Shown one piece after another: positions 28,462-42,233 of a DNA stretch of 64,000 bases. The stretch spans positions 1,194,438 through 1,258,437 of the forward strand of contig JAQTUX010000001.1 in NCBI GenBank assembly GCA_028707125.1. Reading direction: 5' to 3'. The first letter of the stretch is position 1, and each line of letters starts with the position of its first letter. This DNA comes from Candidatus Omnitrophota bacterium. GTDB taxonomy: Bacteria > Omnitrophota > Gorgyraeia > Gygaellales > JAQTUX01. Under the pieces are notes generated by a model. The model saw nothing but the letters and a program-made list of their open reading frames with translations, ran no database searches and was not told where the DNA came from. Made by a program: the position numbers and the translations under genes.

Positions 28462-29661
28462 TTAAGCGACAACCTCGCTTACCACACCCGCGCCTACGGT
28501 ATGCCCGCCTTCGCGTATGGCAAAACGCGACTCTTTCTCCATGGCTACGGGAGAGATCAACTCAACTTCCAGGTTAACGTTATCTCCGGGCATGACCATT
28601 TCCACGCCCTGAGGCAGGGTAACATTACCGGTAACGTCCGTTGTCCTGAAGTAGAACTGCGGCCTGTAACCGGTAAAGAAAGGAGTGTGCCTTCCGCCTT
28701 CCTCTTTTGCCAGCACGTAAACCTGCGCTTTGAACTTTTTATGCGGCGTGATCGAACCGGGAGCCGCCAGAACCATGCCTCTCTGCATCTGCTTCTTGTC
28801 TACGCCTCTTAATAGAAGCCCGACGTTGTCTCCTGCCTGGCCTTCATCAAGAAGTTTACGGAACATTTCAATGCCTGTAACTACGGTCTTTGAAATTTCC
28901 TGATTGATACCCACGATATCAACGGTATCATTTAACTTGATCTTGCCTCTCTCGATCCTGCCTGTACCGACCGTGCCTCTGCCTTCTATTGAGAAGACAT
29001 CTTCGATGGCCATAAGGAACGGCTTGTCCAGATCGCGTTTAGGGTCAGGGATAAAGTCATCTACCGCCTTCATCAACTCAAGTATTGCCTGGCCTCCCGG
29101 GCTGTTAGGATCGCCGGCCGCTTCCATTGCCTGAAGCGCGCTTCCCTTGATGATCGGAGTTTTGTCTCCGGGGAAGTTGTATTTGGTCAGCAGGTCCCTT
29201 ACTTCCATCTCTACCAGCTCGATCAACTCTTTATCGGAAACCATGTCAACCTTGTTCAAGAAAACCACTATTGCCGGCACGTTCACCTGGCGCGCCAGAA
29301 GTATATGCTCTCTGGTCTGAGGCATCGGACCGTCAGCTGCCGAGACCACCAGTATGGCTCCGTCCATCTGCGCGGCGCCGGTGATCATGTTCTTTATATA
29401 GTCGGCATGGCCGGGGCAGTCAATATGGGCGTAATGCCTCTTGTCGGTCTGGTATTCCACGTGAGATATGTTGATGGTAACGCCTCTTTCCTTCTCTTCG
29501 GGCGCGTTATCAATAGAGTCAAAACTGCGCGCCTCGGCAAGCCCCTTCTTGTTCAAAACGAGGGTTATCGCCGACGTCAAAGTTGTCTTGCCATGGTCAA
29601 CATGCCCTATTGTCCCTATGTTCACGTGCGGTTTAGTCCTTAAGAATTTCTCTTTAGCCAT
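28462..29661 (-). CDS. tuf: Elongation factor Tu
   Basis: 399 aa; [18 protein letters not shown] GTPase motifs; near-universal EF-Tu sequence. Confidence 0.95.
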   Translation of the reverse strand: MAKEKFLRTKPHVNIGTIGHVDHGKTTLTSAITLVLNKKGLAEARSFDSIDNAPEEKERGVTINISHVEYQTDKRHYAHIDCPGHADYIKNMITGAAQMDGAILVVSAADGPMPQTREHILLARQVNVPAIVVFLNKVDMVSDKELIELVEMEVRDLLTKYNFPGDKTPIIKGSALQAMEAAGDPNSPGGQAILELMKAVDDFIPDPKRDLDKPFLMAIEDVFSIEGRGTVGTGRIERGKIKLNDTVDIVGINQEISKTVVTGIEMFRKLLDEGQAGDNVGLLLRGVDKKQMQRGMVLAAPGSITPHKKFKAQVYVLAKEEGGRHTPFFTGYRPQFYFRTTDVTGNVTLPQGVEMVMPGDNVNLEVELISPVAMEKESRFAIREGGHTVGAGVVSEVVA

Positions 29662-29682
29662 TTAACACCTCCTGATTTTCCC

Positions 29683-31782
29683 TCATTTCTTGGCTCTGTG
29701 AGCCGAATACGGTGAATTGGTCATTATATTCTGAGCTATATGTGAAGGCACCTCCGCGTAATAAGAGGGCTCCATTGTATAACTGGCACGCCCCTGAGTA
29801 AGAGAGCGTAATACCATAGCGTAATTGAACACCTCTGATAACGGAACATTCACGTGGATATGGCGAATGTTGCCTTTCTGCACAATGTTGATGATCTTGG
29901 CGCGCCGCGAATTCAGGTCCCCGATGACCATGCCCATATATTCTTCAGGGCATATGACATCCATATCCATTACCGGCTCAAGCAGCTTGCAGGCGGCCCG
30001 CCTTAAACCCTCAACCAGGGCGATAGAAGCAGCCATCTGAAAAGCGATCTCGGAAGAATCAACCTCATGGTATGAGCCGTCTGTCAGGGTCACGGCCACA
30101 TCGGTCACCGGATATCCGGCCAATATGCCGTTCTTGGCGGCGATCTCAATGCCGTCCTCAACAGACGATATGAACTCCCTGGGTATCGCGCCGCCCTTGA
30201 TCTTATCTTCAAAGGTAACGCCTGAACCCGGCGTTTCCTGAGGGGCGATATCTATGACCACATGCCCGTACTGGCCGCGGCCTCCGCTCTGTTGGATGAA
30301 TTTGCCTACTACCCTGGTCACCGGTTTGCTCACGGTCTCTTTATAGGCCACCTGGGGATTGCCGACGCGGGTATCAACGGTAAATTCCCTCTTAAGCCGG
30401 TCCACGATAATATCAAGGTGAAGCTGGCCCATACCCGAGATGATCGTCTGGCCGGTCTCATTATTATAGGTAACCCTGAAAGAAGGGTCCTCATCCATAA
30501 GCTTTCTCAAAGACATGCCTAATTTATCCTGGTCGGCCTTTGAAGCCGGCTCTATTGCCTGCGAGATGACCGGCTCGGGGAATTTCATTGCTTCAAGTAA
30601 TATGGGGGATTTCTCATCGCACAGGGTATCTCCGGTCTTCGTCTCTCTCAATCCGACTACCGCCACTATATCTCCGGCATACACCTTATCTATGATCTCC
30701 TGCCTGTTGGCGTGCATCCTCACGATCTTGGCGACCTTTTCCTTTTCACGAAGATTCATATTATATATATAGGTACCGCTCTCAAGCGAGCCGGAATAGA
30801 TCCTCACATAATTAAGCTTGCCCACATACGGGTCGGTGGCGATCTTAAAGCACAGCGCGCAAAACGGCGCGTTATCATCCACGGCCCTCTCTTCGTATTC
30901 TCCGCTCTTCGGCTCCAGGCCTTTTATTGCCGGGATGTCTTTAGGCGAAGGCAGGTAATCGCATACGCCGTCAAGCAGCGGCTGGATGCCCCTGTTGCGA
31001 AGCGAAGTGCCGCAGAATACGGGGACAAATTTATTGGCGATAACGCCCCTTCTTATCCCCGCCCTGACCTCTTCCTTGCTGATCTCTTTGCCCTCGATGA
31101 ATTTATGCATAAGCTCATCATCCGCCTCTGCCGTCTTCTCCACCAGCTTCTCATAATGTTTCTTACATTCGTCTGATTTCTCGGCAGGCACATCCACATA
31201 CTCAAATTCGCTGCCCGTCTCATTCTTGTAAACAAGCATCTTATCTTTCAACAGATCAATGATGCCGGAAAATTCCTCGCCCTTAAAATAAGGGACCTGG
31301 ACCGCCGCCGCGCTTGCTCCCAATCGGGTGTGCATCTGTTCTATGCAGCCGAAAAAATCCGCCCCCACCCTGTCCATCTTATTTATAAACGCGATCCTGG
31401 GCACATGATACCTGTCTGCCTGGCGCCAGACCGTCTCTGACTGCGGCTCAACCCCGCCCTGCGCGCAGAAAACCACGACCGCTCCGTCTAATACTTTAAG
31501 CGAACGCTCCACTTCAACGGTAAAATCCACGTGCCCGGGAGTATCGATTATATTGATCCTGCAATCGCGCCAGCTTACGGCGGTGCAGGCGGCGGTTATG
31601 GTAATGCCGCGTTCCTGCTCCTGGACCATCCAGTCCATAGTGGCGGTGCCGTCATCTACCTGGCCGATCTTATAAGTTATACCTGTAAAAAACAGCACGC
31701 GCTCCGTGGTAGTGGTCTTACCCGCGTCTATGTGGGCGACTATGCCTATATTCCTTATTTTTTCTAAAGCGACCTGTCTCAT
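29683..31782 (-). CDS. fusA: Elongation factor G
   Basis: 699 aa; [21 protein letters not shown]; EF-G domains IV/V. Confidence 0.95.
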   Translation of the reverse strand: MRQVALEKIRNIGIVAHIDAGKTTTTERVLFFTGITYKIGQVDDGTATMDWMVQEQERGITITAACTAVSWRDCRINIIDTPGHVDFTVEVERSLKVLDGAVVVFCAQGGVEPQSETVWRQADRYHVPRIAFINKMDRVGADFFGCIEQMHTRLGASAAAVQVPYFKGEEFSGIIDLLKDKMLVYKNETGSEFEYVDVPAEKSDECKKHYEKLVEKTAEADDELMHKFIEGKEISKEEVRAGIRRGVIANKFVPVFCGTSLRNRGIQPLLDGVCDYLPSPKDIPAIKGLEPKSGEYEERAVDDNAPFCALCFKIATDPYVGKLNYVRIYSGSLESGTYIYNMNLREKEKVAKIVRMHANRQEIIDKVYAGDIVAVVGLRETKTGDTLCDEKSPILLEAMKFPEPVISQAIEPASKADQDKLGMSLRKLMDEDPSFRVTYNNETGQTIISGMGQLHLDIIVDRLKREFTVDTRVGNPQVAYKETVSKPVTRVVGKFIQQSGGRGQYGHVVIDIAPQETPGSGVTFEDKIKGGAIPREFISSVEDGIEIAAKNGILAGYPVTDVAVTLTDGSYHEVDSSEIAFQMAASIALVEGLRRAACKLLEPVMDMDVICPEEYMGMVIGDLNSRRAKIINIVQKGNIRHIHVNVPLSEVFNYAMVLRSLTQGRASYTMEPSYYAEVPSHIAQNIMTNSPYSAHRAKK

Positions 31783-31798
31783 ATATCTTCTCTCAAAA

Positions 31799-32269
31799 CT
31801 ACCATCTGAAATGCGCGAAGGCCTTATTCGCCTCAGCCATCTTATGTGTATCGTCCCGTTTCTTTATGGCGCCGCCCTCACCTTTATAAGCGGCGATGAG
31901 CTCATCCGCCAGCTTCTCCGTCATTGACTTGCCTTTGCGCTGCCTTGCCAGATTCCTTATCCAGCGCAGCGCCATGGTGATACCGCGCTCCTGTTTTACC
32001 TCGATGGGGATCTGATAGGTCGCGCCCCCTACGCGGCGCGGCTTGACCTCAAGGCGCGGCCTGACATTATCTATGATCTTATGGAAGAACTTCAGGGCAT
32101 CGGGCTCGTTGACCTTCTCCCTGACCGTATCAAAGGCGCCGTAAACTATATCCTCGGCGACGCTCCTCTTGCCGTCAAGCATCACCATGTTTATAAAACG
32201 CGCTACTACCTTGCTCTTGTATTTGGCGTCCGCTAAAATATCTCTTTTTTCCGCTGCGTGTCTTCTCAT
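31799..32269 (-). CDS. rpsG: 30S ribosomal protein S7
   Basis: 156 aa; S7 signature. Confidence 0.9.
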   Translation of the reverse strand: MRRHAAEKRDILADAKYKSKVVARFINMVMLDGKRSVAEDIVYGAFDTVREKVNEPDALKFFHKIIDNVRPRLEVKPRRVGGATYQIPIEVKQERGITMALRWIRNLARQRKGKSMTEKLADELIAAYKGEGGAIKKRDDTHKMAEANKAFAHFRW

Positions 32270-32295
32270 ATTTTATTTTCTCTCTACTCGCTACT

Positions 32296-32667
32296 TTATT
32301 TAGGCGCCTTCGCGCCGTATTTTGAGCGCGACTTCTTGCGATTGGCAACCCCTGCCGTGTCCAGCGTGCCTCTGACGATGTGGTACCTTACACCTGGCAG
32401 GTCCTTTACCCTGCCGCCCCTGACCAGGACTATTGAGTGCTCCTGAAGATTATGGCCTTCTCCGGGAATATAAGAGGTCACCTCTATCCCGGTGGTCAGG
32501 CGCACGCGCGCTATCTTTCTCAGGGCTGAGTTCGGCTTCTTAGGGGTCATTGTCCTCACCTGAATGCAGACGCCCCTGCGCTGCGGGCACTTCTTTAAAG
32601 CTGGTGATTTCGTCTTTTGCTTCTTGGCGGTCCTGCCCATCCTTATCAATTGCTCTATAGTCGGCAT
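32296..32667 (-). CDS. rpsL: 30S ribosomal protein S12
   Basis: 123 aa; [19 protein letters not shown]. Confidence 0.9.
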   Translation of the reverse strand: MPTIEQLIRMGRTAKKQKTKSPALKKCPQRRGVCIQVRTMTPKKPNSALRKIARVRLTTGIEVTSYIPGEGHNLQEHSIVLVRGGRVKDLPGVRYHIVRGTLDTAGVANRKKSRSKYGAKAPK

Positions 32668-35600
32668 TATTCTTCCTTACCCTCTCCCTTATCCTCTTTT
32701 TTGCCCTTGATCTCCGCCTTTAATAATTCTATCTCCTGGTGCTCCTTGAAGCCGGTGCCTGCCGGTATAAGATGGCCCACGATAACGTTCTCTTTCAGGC
32801 CGAACAGTTCATCGCTCTTGCCGCTGGCAGCGGCATCGGTAAGCACGCGCGTGGTCTCCTGGAAACTGGCGGCGGAAATAAAACTTTCGGTAGTAAGAGA
32901 CGCCTTCGTTATGCCTAATAATAACGGCGTGGCTGAAGCGGGCTTGCTCCCCTTCTTCACCAGTTTGATGTTCTCATCGCGGAAAACCCATTTGTCAACC
33001 TGCTGCCCGGGCAGAAAATCGCTGTCGCCGGAATCCTCTATCCTCACCTTCTTTAACATCTGCCTGATTATTATTTCTATGTGTTTGTCGTTTATGTGCA
33101 CGCCCTGCAGCCGGTATACTTCCTGTATTTCATTGACCAGATATTCCTGCAGCACCTTATCCCCGCAGACGCGCAATATATCCTGAAGCACCACCGGCCC
33201 ATCGGTAAGCTGCTGGCCGGCAGCCACCTTATCGCCCTTGTATACGTCGGGATGCTTGCCGTGCGGCAGTATATATTCCTTCTGCATTCCCGTGGGGCTC
33301 CTGACTATGATGACCCTCTGGCTCTTTTTGGTCTCGCCGAATTCAACAAAACCGTCGATTTCGGCGATTATAGCCGGGTCCTTGGGCCGCCTGGCCTCAA
33401 AAAGTTCGGCGACACGGGGAAGGCCTCCGGTAATATCCCTGGTCTTGCCTACGACACGGGGTATCTTAGCAAGCAATTCCCCCGCCTTCATCTTATCCCC
33501 ATCCTTGACAAGTATATGCGCCTCGATCGGAAGAGGGTATATGCCCAACACTTCCTTCTTGCTGTCCATTATGATGATCTGTGGATTGTAATCCTGCTTG
33601 TGCTCTACGACGACCCTCTCCACGACCTTGGTCGCGGGATTAAGCTCGTCTATCACGGTAACGCCTTCTTTCAAGTCCTCAAATTTAACCGTGCCTTCAA
33701 CCTCGCTCAAAATAGGATATGTATAAGGGTCCCATCTGAAAAACAGGTCGCCCTTGTTGATATTTTTTCCGTCGGCAAACTTAAGGAAGGCGCCCTGCGG
33801 CACCGGATACCTCTCCAGCTCCCTGCCCTGCGCGTCATTTATGCTCACCTGGCCGTTCCTGTTCAATACGACCTGTTCCTTGTCTTTCTCTACCGATTTT
33901 ATGTTATGATAACGTACTATGCCGTCGTTCTTTGCCTTCATTGAGGACTGCTCCACGATACGGCTGGCAGTCCCTCCGATGTGGAAGGTCCTCATTGTAA
34001 GCTGGGTCCCCGGCTCGCCTATGCTCTGCGCGGCGACTATGCCTACCGCCTCTCCCGTATCAACCAGCCGGCCCGAAGCCAGGTTCCTGCCGTAGCACTT
34101 CTTGCACAAACCGCGGCCGGTCTCACAGGTCAAAACGCTCCTTATGCGTATCTTCTCTATGCCTAAACGCTCGATCATATCGGCCTTCTCTTCGGTGATC
34201 TCAGAGCCCGCTTCAACGATGACCTCGTCGGTAATAATATCCACTATATTGTCAAGCGCGACGCGGCCGATTATCCTGTCCTTCAAACTGACAACTATTT
34301 CATCGCCCTCTACTATCGCGGCAACCGTGATGCCGTTCAAGGTGCCGCAGTCATCCTCAATAACGATAACCTCCTGCGCCACATCCACCAGCCTTCTGGT
34401 AAGGTAGCCGGCGTCAGCGGTCTTAAGCGCGGTATCGGCCAAACCCTTTCGCGCGCCGTGCGTGGAAATAAAATATTCCAGCACGGTCAGCCCCTCTTTG
34501 AAATTAGCCGTAATAGGGCTCTCTATGATCTCTCCCGACGGCTTAGCCATTAATCCTCTCATGCCTGCCAACTGCCTCACCTGCAGGCGTGAGCCGCGCG
34601 CGCCGGAATCCGCCATAAGGAATATCGGGTTGAACGACTCCATACCCTTGAACAGAAAATCGGCGACCTTATCCGTGGCGTGCGTCCAGATATCTATTGC
34701 CTTGTTATACCTCTCCCTGTCGGTGATCACGCCCTTTCTGTACTGTTCCTCTACCTTGGTAACCTCTGCCTTTGAGTCCTTTAACACGGCTTCTTTCTCA
34801 GGCGGTATGCGCAGATCGTCTATGCCTATGGATATCCCTCCTAATGTCGCGTACTCAAAGCCGCATTCCTTCAAGTCATCAAGCAGTTTTACGGTCCTGC
34901 TGTGCCCGAACCTTTTATAGCAGGCGGCAACCACATCGCCGATATTGCGCTTATTCATTTCGTAATTGACGAAACCATATCCTTCGGGCAGGTATTCATT
35001 GAACAGCACTCTGCCTACGGTGGTATCTATTATCTTGACGCCTTCCTGCAAAGCGGATGTATCGAGGTCAAAGATGTTATTTACCCTTAGTTTTATTATG
35101 GCATGCAGCTCTATAACGTCGTCATTGTAGGCGACGATCGCCTCTTCGCCGCAGGAGAAGAGCATGCCTTCTCCCTTTGCTTTTGGTTTTGGTTTTGTAA
35201 GATAGCAGCTGCCTAAGACGATGTCCTGGGTCGGGCTTACTATCGGCCGGCCGTCCGCGGGAGAGAATACATTATTAGTGGAAAGCATAAGTATGTTGGC
35301 CTCAACCTGGGCCTCAAGAGACAACGGCACATGTACCGCCATCTGGTCTCCGTCAAAATCAGCGTTGAACGCCGTGCATACCAGAGGATGTATCTTTATT
35401 GACTTGCCTTCTATGAGCAGCGGCTGGAATGCCTGAATGCTCAACCGATGCAGGGTGGGAGCGCGGTTCAACATGACCGGATGGTCCCTGATGACTTCAT
35501 CAAGTATGTCCCAGACCTCGATCTTGGCGCGTTCAACCATGCGCCTGGCGCCCCTTATAGTGTGGACAAAACCTTTTTCGCGCAGTTTCTTTATAATGAA

Positions 35601-36713
35601 CGGCTCAAAAAGTTCCAGCGCCATTTGTTTCGGCAGGCCGCACTGGTTGAGCTTCAATTCAGGCCCTACGACTATAACGGAACGGCCGGAATAGTCAACG
35701 CGCTTTCCTAAAAGGTTCTGGCGGAAACGCCCCTGTTTGCCCTTAAGCATATCGGAGAGCGATTTCAACGGCCGGTTATTCGCCCCCAGCACCGGCCTGC
35801 CGTGCCTGCCGTTATCAAGCAGGGCATCCACCGCCTCCTGCAGCATACGTTTTTCATTCCTGATGATTATTTCCGGAGCGTTCAGTTCTTTAAGTTTCTT
35901 CAGGCGATTATTCCTGTTTATTACTCTCCTATACAGGTCATTGAGGTCGGAAGTGGCAAACCTGCCGCCGTCCAGGGGGACCAAAGGCCTGAGGTCCGGC
36001 GGTATGACCGGCAGTATCTCCAATACCATCCAATCCGGCTTGTTGCCTGAATTATTAAAGTCCTCGATGATCCTCAGCAGTTTAAGGTTCTTTCTGGAGC
36101 CGGTTGAGTCCTTGGACTTATCCATGTCCTTTCGCAGTTTCTTACAAAGGGCGCCCAGGTCCACATCTTTAAGCATGGCGGATATCGCCTCTGCCCCGAT
36201 CTTCGCCTTGAAATTGGAGCCGTACTTCTCCACCGCCTCCTGATACTGCTCCTCTGAAAGCAGTTCATATTTCTTGAACGGCGTCTCAGCCGGGTCAAGC
36301 ACAACGTACTCCTCGTAATATATGACCTTCTCCAGGTCCCTGAGGGATATGCCGAGGATCGCCGACATCCTGGAAGGCACCGCCTTAAAAAACCAGATAT
36401 GCGTGACAGGGGCGGCCAATTCTATATGCCCCATTCTTTCCCGGCGCACAGATGACCTGTCTACGGTGACCGAACACCTGTCGCAGGTAATGCCCTTGAA
36501 CTTGATGCCTTTATATTTTCCGCAGTTGCACTCCCAGTCCCTTACCGGCCCGAATATCTTCTCGCAGAAAAGCCCGTCTTTTTCCGGCTTGAGAGACCTG
36601 TAATTGATGGTCTCCGCCTTCTTTACTTCGCCCTTAGACCAGGACTTTATGGTCTGCGCGGAAGCCATCCTTATGGATATGGAGCCAAACGGCGGCGCGA
36701 ATTCCTTCATCAT
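32667..36713 (-). CDS. rpoC: DNA-directed RNA polymerase beta-prime subunit
   Basis: 1348 aa; zinc finger [19 protein letters not shown], catalytic NADFDGDQM. Confidence 0.95.
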   Translation of the reverse strand: MMKEFAPPFGSISIRMASAQTIKSWSKGEVKKAETINYRSLKPEKDGLFCEKIFGPVRDWECNCGKYKGIKFKGITCDRCSVTVDRSSVRRERMGHIELAAPVTHIWFFKAVPSRMSAILGISLRDLEKVIYYEEYVVLDPAETPFKKYELLSEEQYQEAVEKYGSNFKAKIGAEAISAMLKDVDLGALCKKLRKDMDKSKDSTGSRKNLKLLRIIEDFNNSGNKPDWMVLEILPVIPPDLRPLVPLDGGRFATSDLNDLYRRVINRNNRLKKLKELNAPEIIIRNEKRMLQEAVDALLDNGRHGRPVLGANNRPLKSLSDMLKGKQGRFRQNLLGKRVDYSGRSVIVVGPELKLNQCGLPKQMALELFEPFIIKKLREKGFVHTIRGARRMVERAKIEVWDILDEVIRDHPVMLNRAPTLHRLSIQAFQPLLIEGKSIKIHPLVCTAFNADFDGDQMAVHVPLSLEAQVEANILMLSTNNVFSPADGRPIVSPTQDIVLGSCYLTKPKPKAKGEGMLFSCGEEAIVAYNDDVIELHAIIKLRVNNIFDLDTSALQEGVKIIDTTVGRVLFNEYLPEGYGFVNYEMNKRNIGDVVAACYKRFGHSRTVKLLDDLKECGFEYATLGGISIGIDDLRIPPEKEAVLKDSKAEVTKVEEQYRKGVITDRERYNKAIDIWTHATDKVADFLFKGMESFNPIFLMADSGARGSRLQVRQLAGMRGLMAKPSGEIIESPITANFKEGLTVLEYFISTHGARKGLADTALKTADAGYLTRRLVDVAQEVIVIEDDCGTLNGITVAAIVEGDEIVVSLKDRIIGRVALDNIVDIITDEVIVEAGSEITEEKADMIERLGIEKIRIRSVLTCETGRGLCKKCYGRNLASGRLVDTGEAVGIVAAQSIGEPGTQLTMRTFHIGGTASRIVEQSSMKAKNDGIVRYHNIKSVEKDKEQVVLNRNGQVSINDAQGRELERYPVPQGAFLKFADGKNINKGDLFFRWDPYTYPILSEVEGTVKFEDLKEGVTVIDELNPATKVVERVVVEHKQDYNPQIIIMDSKKEVLGIYPLPIEAHILVKDGDKMKAGELLAKIPRVVGKTRDITGGLPRVAELFEARRPKDPAIIAEIDGFVEFGETKKSQRVIIVRSPTGMQKEYILPHGKHPDVYKGDKVAAGQQLTDGPVVLQDILRVCGDKVLQEYLVNEIQEVYRLQGVHINDKHIEIIIRQMLKKVRIEDSGDSDFLPGQQVDKWVFRDENIKLVKKGSKPASATPLLLGITKASLTTESFISAASFQETTRVLTDAAASGKSDELFGLKENVIVGHLIPAGTGFKEHQEIELLKAEIKGKKEDKGEGKEE

Positions 36714-39700
36714 TGTTTACCCTTCTCTGTCTTAACATCAAGGCAGAGCCCCTGTAGTTCTTTTAAGAGCACATTGAACGATTCAGGCGTGCCCGTATGG
36801 AAGGCCTGTTCGCCCTTGACGATCGCCTCATAGATCTTCGTCCTGCCGTTTACGTCGTCGCTTTTGACCGTAAGCATTTCCTGAAGCGTAAAGGCCGCGC
36901 CGTAGGCCTCAAGGGCCCAGACCTCCATCTCTCCGAACCTCTGGCCGCCGAACTGCGCCTTGCCTCCCAGCGGCTGTTGAGTGACCAGAGAATACGGCCC
37001 TATAGAACGCGCGTGCATCTTCTCGTCAACAAGGTGGATCAGTTTCATCATATAAATATATCCCACGGTCACCTTCTGGTTGAACGGCATGCCCGTGAAA
37101 CCATCGTAGAGCGTGATCTTTCCTTCTTCGGGAAGCCCCGCTTTGGCAAGTAGTTCCTTTATCTGCCCTTCCTTTACCCCGTCGAATACCGGAGAGGCAG
37201 CTTCAAACCCCAGCATTCTCGCGGCCCATCCTAAATGCGTCTCTAATATCTGGCCGACGTTCATACGCGAGGGTACGCCCAGCGGGTTAAGCACTATCTC
37301 AACAGGCGTTCCGTCGGGCAGAAAGGGCATATCCGCTTCGGGCAATATGCGCGCCACAACGCCTTTATTTCCGTGGCGTCCGGCGAGCTTGTCCCCCTCG
37401 GCGACCTTCCTCTTATTGGCAACGTAAACAACGACCCTCTTTAATACGCCGGCGGGCAGTTCATCGCCGCGCCTGACGCGCTCTATTTCCTGCTCCTGCT
37501 CCACTAAAAGGTTCTTTATCTGTTCGTCATATGAAGAGGCGGCTACCTTGGCCTCTTCATTTTCATCAAGGTCATGCTTAAATACCTTTTTAACATCTAC
37601 GCCCAGGATCCTGGCAAGGCGCTTTTCCTTTTCCGCCTCAAGCACCTCTATTTCCTGCTTGTAGTAATTTTTTATCTCCCGTATCTTCGCCAGTTCCGCG
37701 GACTTCTCCGCCTTTGACTTTCTGCCGCGGTCTTTCCTGCTGAAGACATGCACGCCGACCACAACGCCTTCAACTCCCGGCGGGGCCACCAAAGAAGTAT
37801 CCCTGACGTCTCCGGCCTTCTCGCCGAATATGGCCCTTAAAAGCCGTTCTTCCGCGGAGAGCTCCGACTCTGTCTTGGGCGTGACCTTGCCTACAAGTAT
37901 GCTGCCTGCCCCGACCTCCGCCCCTATGCGTATAATGCCGCCCTCATCAAGGTCTTTCAGCGCCTCTTCTCCCACGTTGGGGATATCGCGGGTAATGTCT
38001 TCATTTCCCAGCCTCGTTTCCGTCGCCTCGGTCTCAAACTCTTCTATATGAATACTGGTAAAGGCGTCTTCCTTCACCAGCTTCTCGCTGATAAGTATGG
38101 CGTCTTCAAAATTGTAGCCGCGCCATGGCATAAAGGCGACCAGCAGATTACGGCCCAGGGCCAGTTCGCCTTTCCTGGTGGCCATACCGTCGGCGATCAC
38201 CTCTCCGGCCTCAACGCTCTGCCCCGGCTGCACAATAGGCCTTTGATTCAGGCAGGTATCGGCGTTAGACCTTGTAAATTTATTCAGCGCGTATTTCTTC
38301 TTACCTATAGTTATAGATGAAGAATCCACCTCCGTTACCTTGCCGGAGGCCTCCGCGATGACCAGGGCGCCTGAATCAGCCGCGACCTTGCCTTCCATTC
38401 CCGTGCCTACCAGCGGCGGCTCGGTTATCATAAGCGGCACTGCCTGCCTCTGCATGTTGGCGCCCATCAGCGCGCGGTTGGCGTCGTCGTGCTCAAGGAA
38501 AGGCACCAGGGAAGCGGCCACGGAAACAAGCTGTTTAGGAGAAACATCCATATATTGCACGTCCTTCGCGGGCACCTTGGGAAAATCCCCTCGGTGGCGG
38601 CAGGACACTTCCTTATCCACAAAATTACCGTCCGGATCAAGCGGGCAGTTTGCCTGCGCTATGACCATCTGTTCCTCTATATCCGCCGTCAAATAATCTA
38701 TTTTTTTGGTTACCCTGCCCCCTTCAACCTTTCTATACGGGGTCTCTAATAATCCGTATTCATTAACCCTGGCGTAACAGCTCAAAGAGGCGATCAGGCC
38801 TATATTCGGGCCTTCAGGCGTCTCAATGGGGCATATCCTTCCGTAATGCGAAGAGTGGATATCCCTGACTTCAAAACCCGCGCGCTCTCTGGAAAGCCCG
38901 CCCGGGCCCAGGGCGCTCAAGCGTCTTTTATGGGTGATTTCCGCCAGAGGGTTTACCTGGTCCATAAACTGGGAAAGCTGGCTCCTGGCAAAGAAATCCT
39001 TGATCTGATTTGAAAATAATTTGGAATTTATAAGATGGTGGACGCTCAAGTTCTCCGTATCTCCCAATACGGTAAACCTCTCGCGTATGGAACGCTCGAC
39101 CCGCGCCAGCCCTATCCTTATCTGGTTCTGGATAAGCTCGCCTACGGTCTTGATCCTGCGGTTGCCTAAATGGTCTATATCGTCTATGCGGCCCTGGCCC
39201 TTGTTGAGGTTGATAAGGTACTTGATCACGCTTATCACGGTATCCACATCAAGCACGCGCTTATCCAGGGGCAGGTCCATATTCAATTTTCTGTTAAGTA
39301 TGAACCTTCCGACCTTCTTCAGGTCGTAGCGCTTCTGGTCAAAAAACAGCCGGAAGAACAGCGTCTCGGCTGCCTCAAGGGTAAGCGGCTCTGTAGGGCG
39401 CATCTTCCTGTAGAAATCCAGCACCGCCTCTTCCTTGGTCTTGGTGTAATCTTTAGCGAGGGTAGCGGTGATCTCCGCGTGCTCCTCTCCAAACGCCTTT
39501 ATTATATCGTCGTTGCCAGACAGGCCCATGATCCTCAATATCTGGGTTACCGGGAAATTCCTTCTTCTGTCAACGTAGGCGAGTATTATGCCGGCGAGGT
39601 CGTATTTTATTTCAAGCCAGGCGCCCCTGTAGGGGATTATCCTGCCGTAATAAATGCTCTTGCCTGAAGGATGCGCCTCTTCTTCAAAAGAAATACCGGG

Positions 39701-40114
39701 AGAACGCTGCAGCTGGCTTACCACCACGCGCTCATCGCCGTTTATAATGAAGGTGCCGTACCTGGTCATAAGAGGTATCTCTCCGAAGTATGCCTCCTGC
39801 TCCTTGACCTCCGTAAGCATGATCAGGCGGAATTTCACTTTAAGAGGAGAGGCGTATGTCATGCTCCTGCGCTTGCACTCTGCCTCGTCGTATTTCGGCT
39901 TGCCCAGAGAATATCCGATGAACTCAAGGCGTATCTTCCTGTCAAAGCTCTCTATGGGAAAGACCTCTTTGAACGCCTCCTGGAGCCCGTCATCCTCTCT
40001 CGCGTCAGGGCCGACCCCCTCCTGCAGAAAACTCTTGTAGGCATCGGTCTGCAGCTGAAGAAGGTTCGGCAGCTCGTATATCTCTTTTAATCTGGCGAAA
40101 TTTTTTCTTTTCAT
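36710..40114 (-). CDS. rpoB: DNA-directed RNA polymerase beta subunit
   Basis: 1134 aa; rifampicin-cluster region [39 protein letters not shown]; 4-nt overlap with rpoC. Confidence 0.95.
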   Translation of the reverse strand: MKRKNFARLKEIYELPNLLQLQTDAYKSFLQEGVGPDAREDDGLQEAFKEVFPIESFDRKIRLEFIGYSLGKPKYDEAECKRRSMTYASPLKVKFRLIMLTEVKEQEAYFGEIPLMTRYGTFIINGDERVVVSQLQRSPGISFEEEAHPSGKSIYYGRIIPYRGAWLEIKYDLAGIILAYVDRRRNFPVTQILRIMGLSGNDDIIKAFGEEHAEITATLAKDYTKTKEEAVLDFYRKMRPTEPLTLEAAETLFFRLFFDQKRYDLKKVGRFILNRKLNMDLPLDKRVLDVDTVISVIKYLINLNKGQGRIDDIDHLGNRRIKTVGELIQNQIRIGLARVERSIRERFTVLGDTENLSVHHLINSKLFSNQIKDFFARSQLSQFMDQVNPLAEITHKRRLSALGPGGLSRERAGFEVRDIHSSHYGRICPIETPEGPNIGLIASLSCYARVNEYGLLETPYRKVEGGRVTKKIDYLTADIEEQMVIAQANCPLDPDGNFVDKEVSCRHRGDFPKVPAKDVQYMDVSPKQLVSVAASLVPFLEHDDANRALMGANMQRQAVPLMITEPPLVGTGMEGKVAADSGALVIAEASGKVTEVDSSSITIGKKKYALNKFTRSNADTCLNQRPIVQPGQSVEAGEVIADGMATRKGELALGRNLLVAFMPWRGYNFEDAILISEKLVKEDAFTSIHIEEFETEATETRLGNEDITRDIPNVGEEALKDLDEGGIIRIGAEVGAGSILVGKVTPKTESELSAEERLLRAIFGEKAGDVRDTSLVAPPGVEGVVVGVHVFSRKDRGRKSKAEKSAELAKIREIKNYYKQEIEVLEAEKEKRLARILGVDVKKVFKHDLDENEEAKVAASSYDEQIKNLLVEQEQEIERVRRGDELPAGVLKRVVVYVANKRKVAEGDKLAGRHGNKGVVARILPEADMPFLPDGTPVEIVLNPLGVPSRMNVGQILETHLGWAARMLGFEAASPVFDGVKEGQIKELLAKAGLPEEGKITLYDGFTGMPFNQKVTVGYIYMMKLIHLVDEKMHARSIGPYSLVTQQPLGGKAQFGGQRFGEMEVWALEAYGAAFTLQEMLTVKSDDVNGRTKIYEAIVKGEQAFHTGTPESFNVLLKELQGLCLDVKTEKGKQ

Positions 40115-40131
40115 TCTACCCGCTTAACTGC

Positions 40132-40545
40132 TTACTTAAGTTCTACCGTTGCTCCTGCCGCGGTCAATTTCTTCTTTATCTCTTCCGCTTCCTGCTTAGG
40201 CACGCCGTCCTTAACCGGCTTCGGCGCTGAATCTACCAGGTCCTTTGCCTCTTTCAGGCCCAGGCTGGTGACCGCCCTGACTTCTTTGATAACGGCGATC
40301 TTATTGGCGCCCGCGGACGTGATCACGACCGTAAAGCTTGTCTTCTCCTCGGCGGCTTCCGCTCCGGCCGCGCCTGCCTGAGGCGCGGCGCCGGCAGCCA
40401 TCATGGGCATTGCCGCGGACACGCCGAATTTCTCTTCAAGCGCCTTTACAAATTCCGAAAGTTCAAGGACAGACATCGTCTCAATGGACTTTATCAGGTC
40501 CCCTATCTTGCCTTCTACCTTAACCTCTGTTTTTCCTTCTGCCAT
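40132..40545 (-). CDS. rplL: 50S ribosomal protein L7/L12
   Basis: 137 aa; Ala-rich hinge, C-terminal [20 protein letters not shown]. Confidence 0.9.
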   Translation of the reverse strand: MAEGKTEVKVEGKIGDLIKSIETMSVLELSEFVKALEEKFGVSAAMPMMAAGAAPQAGAAGAEAAEEKTSFTVVITSAGANKIAVIKEVRAVTSLGLKEAKDLVDSAPKPVKDGVPKQEAEEIKKKLTAAGATVELK

Positions 40546-40557
40546 CTTATTTTCCTC

Positions 40558-41085
40558 CTATTTTCCTTTATTTTCTTTTATGCGGTTCAAGGCAACTACC
40601 ATTTTGGTCATCATCTGCTTCAACGCGCGCACAGAAGACGTGATCGGGCTCTTCAAGCCGGTAACGAGCATTACGTATAAAACTTCTCTCGGGGGCAGGC
40701 TTGCCAGCGCGCTTATATCTTTGCTCTCCAGCACCGCCTCCTCCATAACGCCTCCGTGGAGAAGCAGTTTATCGTTATCTTTGGAAAATTGTTTTAACAC
40801 CTTTGAGACGCCTGTAGGGTCTGTCAGGCTGAAGACGAACCCGCACGGCCCCTGCACAAATTTAGTAAGCCCGGATAATTTCCTGTCTTTTAGCACTCTT
40901 GAAACCAGGGAATTCTTCGGGACAAAAAGCTCGGCCCCGGCCAGCCTTAATTTGTTCCTTAACGCGTTCAGGTCGTTGCTCTTGATGCCGGAGTAGCCGA
41001 TAATGAACATACTGGAGGCCTTGCCCATCCTGTCCTTTAATTCCCTCTCGCTGGACTCTCTGTATAATGTCCCTATTTTTTTCAT
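40558..41085 (-). CDS. rplJ: 50S ribosomal protein L10
   Basis: The track ORF begins at a GTG at 41106 that lies inside the palindromic element. A more plausible start is the ATG at 41083-41085 ([22 protein letters not shown]...). Confidence 0.8.
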   Translation of the reverse strand: MKKIGTLYRESSERELKDRMGKASSMFIIGYSGIKSNDLNALRNKLRLAGAELFVPKNSLVSRVLKDRKLSGLTKFVQGPCGFVFSLTDPTGVSKVLKQFSKDNDKLLLHGGVMEEAVLESKDISALASLPPREVLYVMLVTGLKSPITSSVRALKQMMTKMVVALNRIKENKGK

Positions 41086-41096
41086 GCCTGATTTCT

Positions 41097-41122
41097 CATT
41101 CCCCACACGTAAGTGTGGGGTA
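41097..41122. repeat. 26-nt palindromic element CATTCCCCACACGTAAGTGTGGGGTA (8-bp GC-rich stem, 4-nt loop), copy 1, in the 39-nt rplA-rplJ spacer
   Basis: Identical 26-mer recurs at 62510-62535 just upstream of the M48 protease start. On the mRNA strand it reads UACCCCACACUUACGUGUGGGGAAUG. Confidence 0.7.
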
Positions 41123-41124
41123 TA

Positions 41125-41805
41125 CTATAGCGTAAGCCTTAATCCCGGGTTCATCGATGCCGATATAAAAGCGCTCTTTATAAACGTGCCCTTTACTGTA
41201 GCCGGCTTGGAAGAAACTATCGCGTCTATCACCTTGAAAGCGTTATCATATAGCTTATTCTCGTCAAAAGATATCTTACCCACGCTCAGATGTATACCGG
41301 ACTGTTTATCCACCCGGTATTCCACCTTGCCTTTTTTCAACTCTGAAATGGCCTTAGTTACATCGTTGGTAACTGTGCCTGTCTTGGGGCTGGGCATAAG
41401 CCCGCGCGGCCCTAATATCTTGCCCAGCTTACTTAATTCTTTCATCATCTCCGGGGTGGCTATGGCGCAGTCAAATTCAACTTTTCCCGCGGCAACCTTT
41501 TCGATCAGGTCTTCCGCTCCCACGATATCCGCGCCCGCCTCTTTCGCCTGTTTCTCCGCCTCGCCCTTAGCGAAAACGGCGACCCGCACTTTCTTGCCTG
41601 TGCCGTGAGGCAGTATGACCGTGCCCCTGACCATCTGTTCCGGTTTCTTCGGGTCAACGTTAAGATAGAAACTCAGGTCTACCGAACCGTCGAACTTAAG
41701 CGGAGGCATTGACTTGATCAGGGCGACCGCCTCATTAAGCTTATAGCCCTTTTCTCTGTCAACGGCCTTTTCGGACTCTTTATATCTCTTGCTGCGTTTT
41801 TGCAT
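41125..41805 (-). CDS. rplA: 50S ribosomal protein L1
   Basis: 226 aa; L1 family. Confidence 0.9.
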   Translation of the reverse strand: MQKRSKRYKESEKAVDREKGYKLNEAVALIKSMPPLKFDGSVDLSFYLNVDPKKPEQMVRGTVILPHGTGKKVRVAVFAKGEAEKQAKEAGADIVGAEDLIEKVAAGKVEFDCAIATPEMMKELSKLGKILGPRGLMPSPKTGTVTNDVTKAISELKKGKVEYRVDKQSGIHLSVGKISFDENKLYDNAFKVIDAIVSSKPATVKGTFIKSAFISASMNPGLRLTL

Positions 41806-41807
41806 TT

Positions 41808-42233
41808 CTAACCTTCTACGGATATGCCCATACTGCGCGCCGTGCCCATGATGATCTTCTTCGCCTCTTCAATATCCGAGGTATTCAGGTCCACGACCTT
41901 TTGTTTCGCTATCTCCTCCACCTGCTTCATCGTCACGGTGCCTATCTTCTCCTTGCCTGCCTGGCCCGACGCCTTGGCAAGATTCGCCGCTTTCTTAAGA
42001 AGTATGGAAGAGGGAGGGCTCTTTATTATAAAGGTAAATGATTTATCTTCGTAAACGCTTATGACCACCGGCAGGATAAGCCCCTCCCTGCCTTTGGTCT
42101 GTTCGTTAAATGTCTTGCAGAACTGCATTATGTTGACGCCGTGCTGGCCCAGCGCCGGCCCAACAGGCGGAGCGGGGTTAGCCGCTCCCGCGGGGACGTG
42201 TAATTTGATCTGTGTCTTTATCTTCTTTGCCAT
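41808..42233 (-). CDS. rplK: 50S ribosomal protein L11
   Basis: 141 aa; [22 protein letters not shown]. Confidence 0.9.
   Translation of the reverse strand: MAKKIKTQIKLHVPAGAANPAPPVGPALGQHGVNIMQFCKTFNEQTKGREGLILPVVISVYEDKSFTFIIKSPPSSILLKKAANLAKASGQAGKEKIGTVTMKQVEEIAKQKVVDLNTSDIEEAKKIIMGTARSMGISVEG

Noticed and set aside
27771-28577. 268-aa plus-strand ORF, and the other plus-strand ORFs in the track (e.g. 33081-33944, 11070-11549, 51506-52090)
   Set aside because: All lie antisense within strongly conserved minus-strand genes (rplC/rpsJ/tuf, rpoC, leuC, lysC). None has a recognisable motif or ribosome-binding context. Shadow ORFs typical of GC-rich coding DNA.
41086-41106. GTG-initiated N-terminal extension of rplJ (MGNEKSG)
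   Set aside because: The GTG lies within the palindromic stem; the downstream ATG gives a typical L10 N-terminus.
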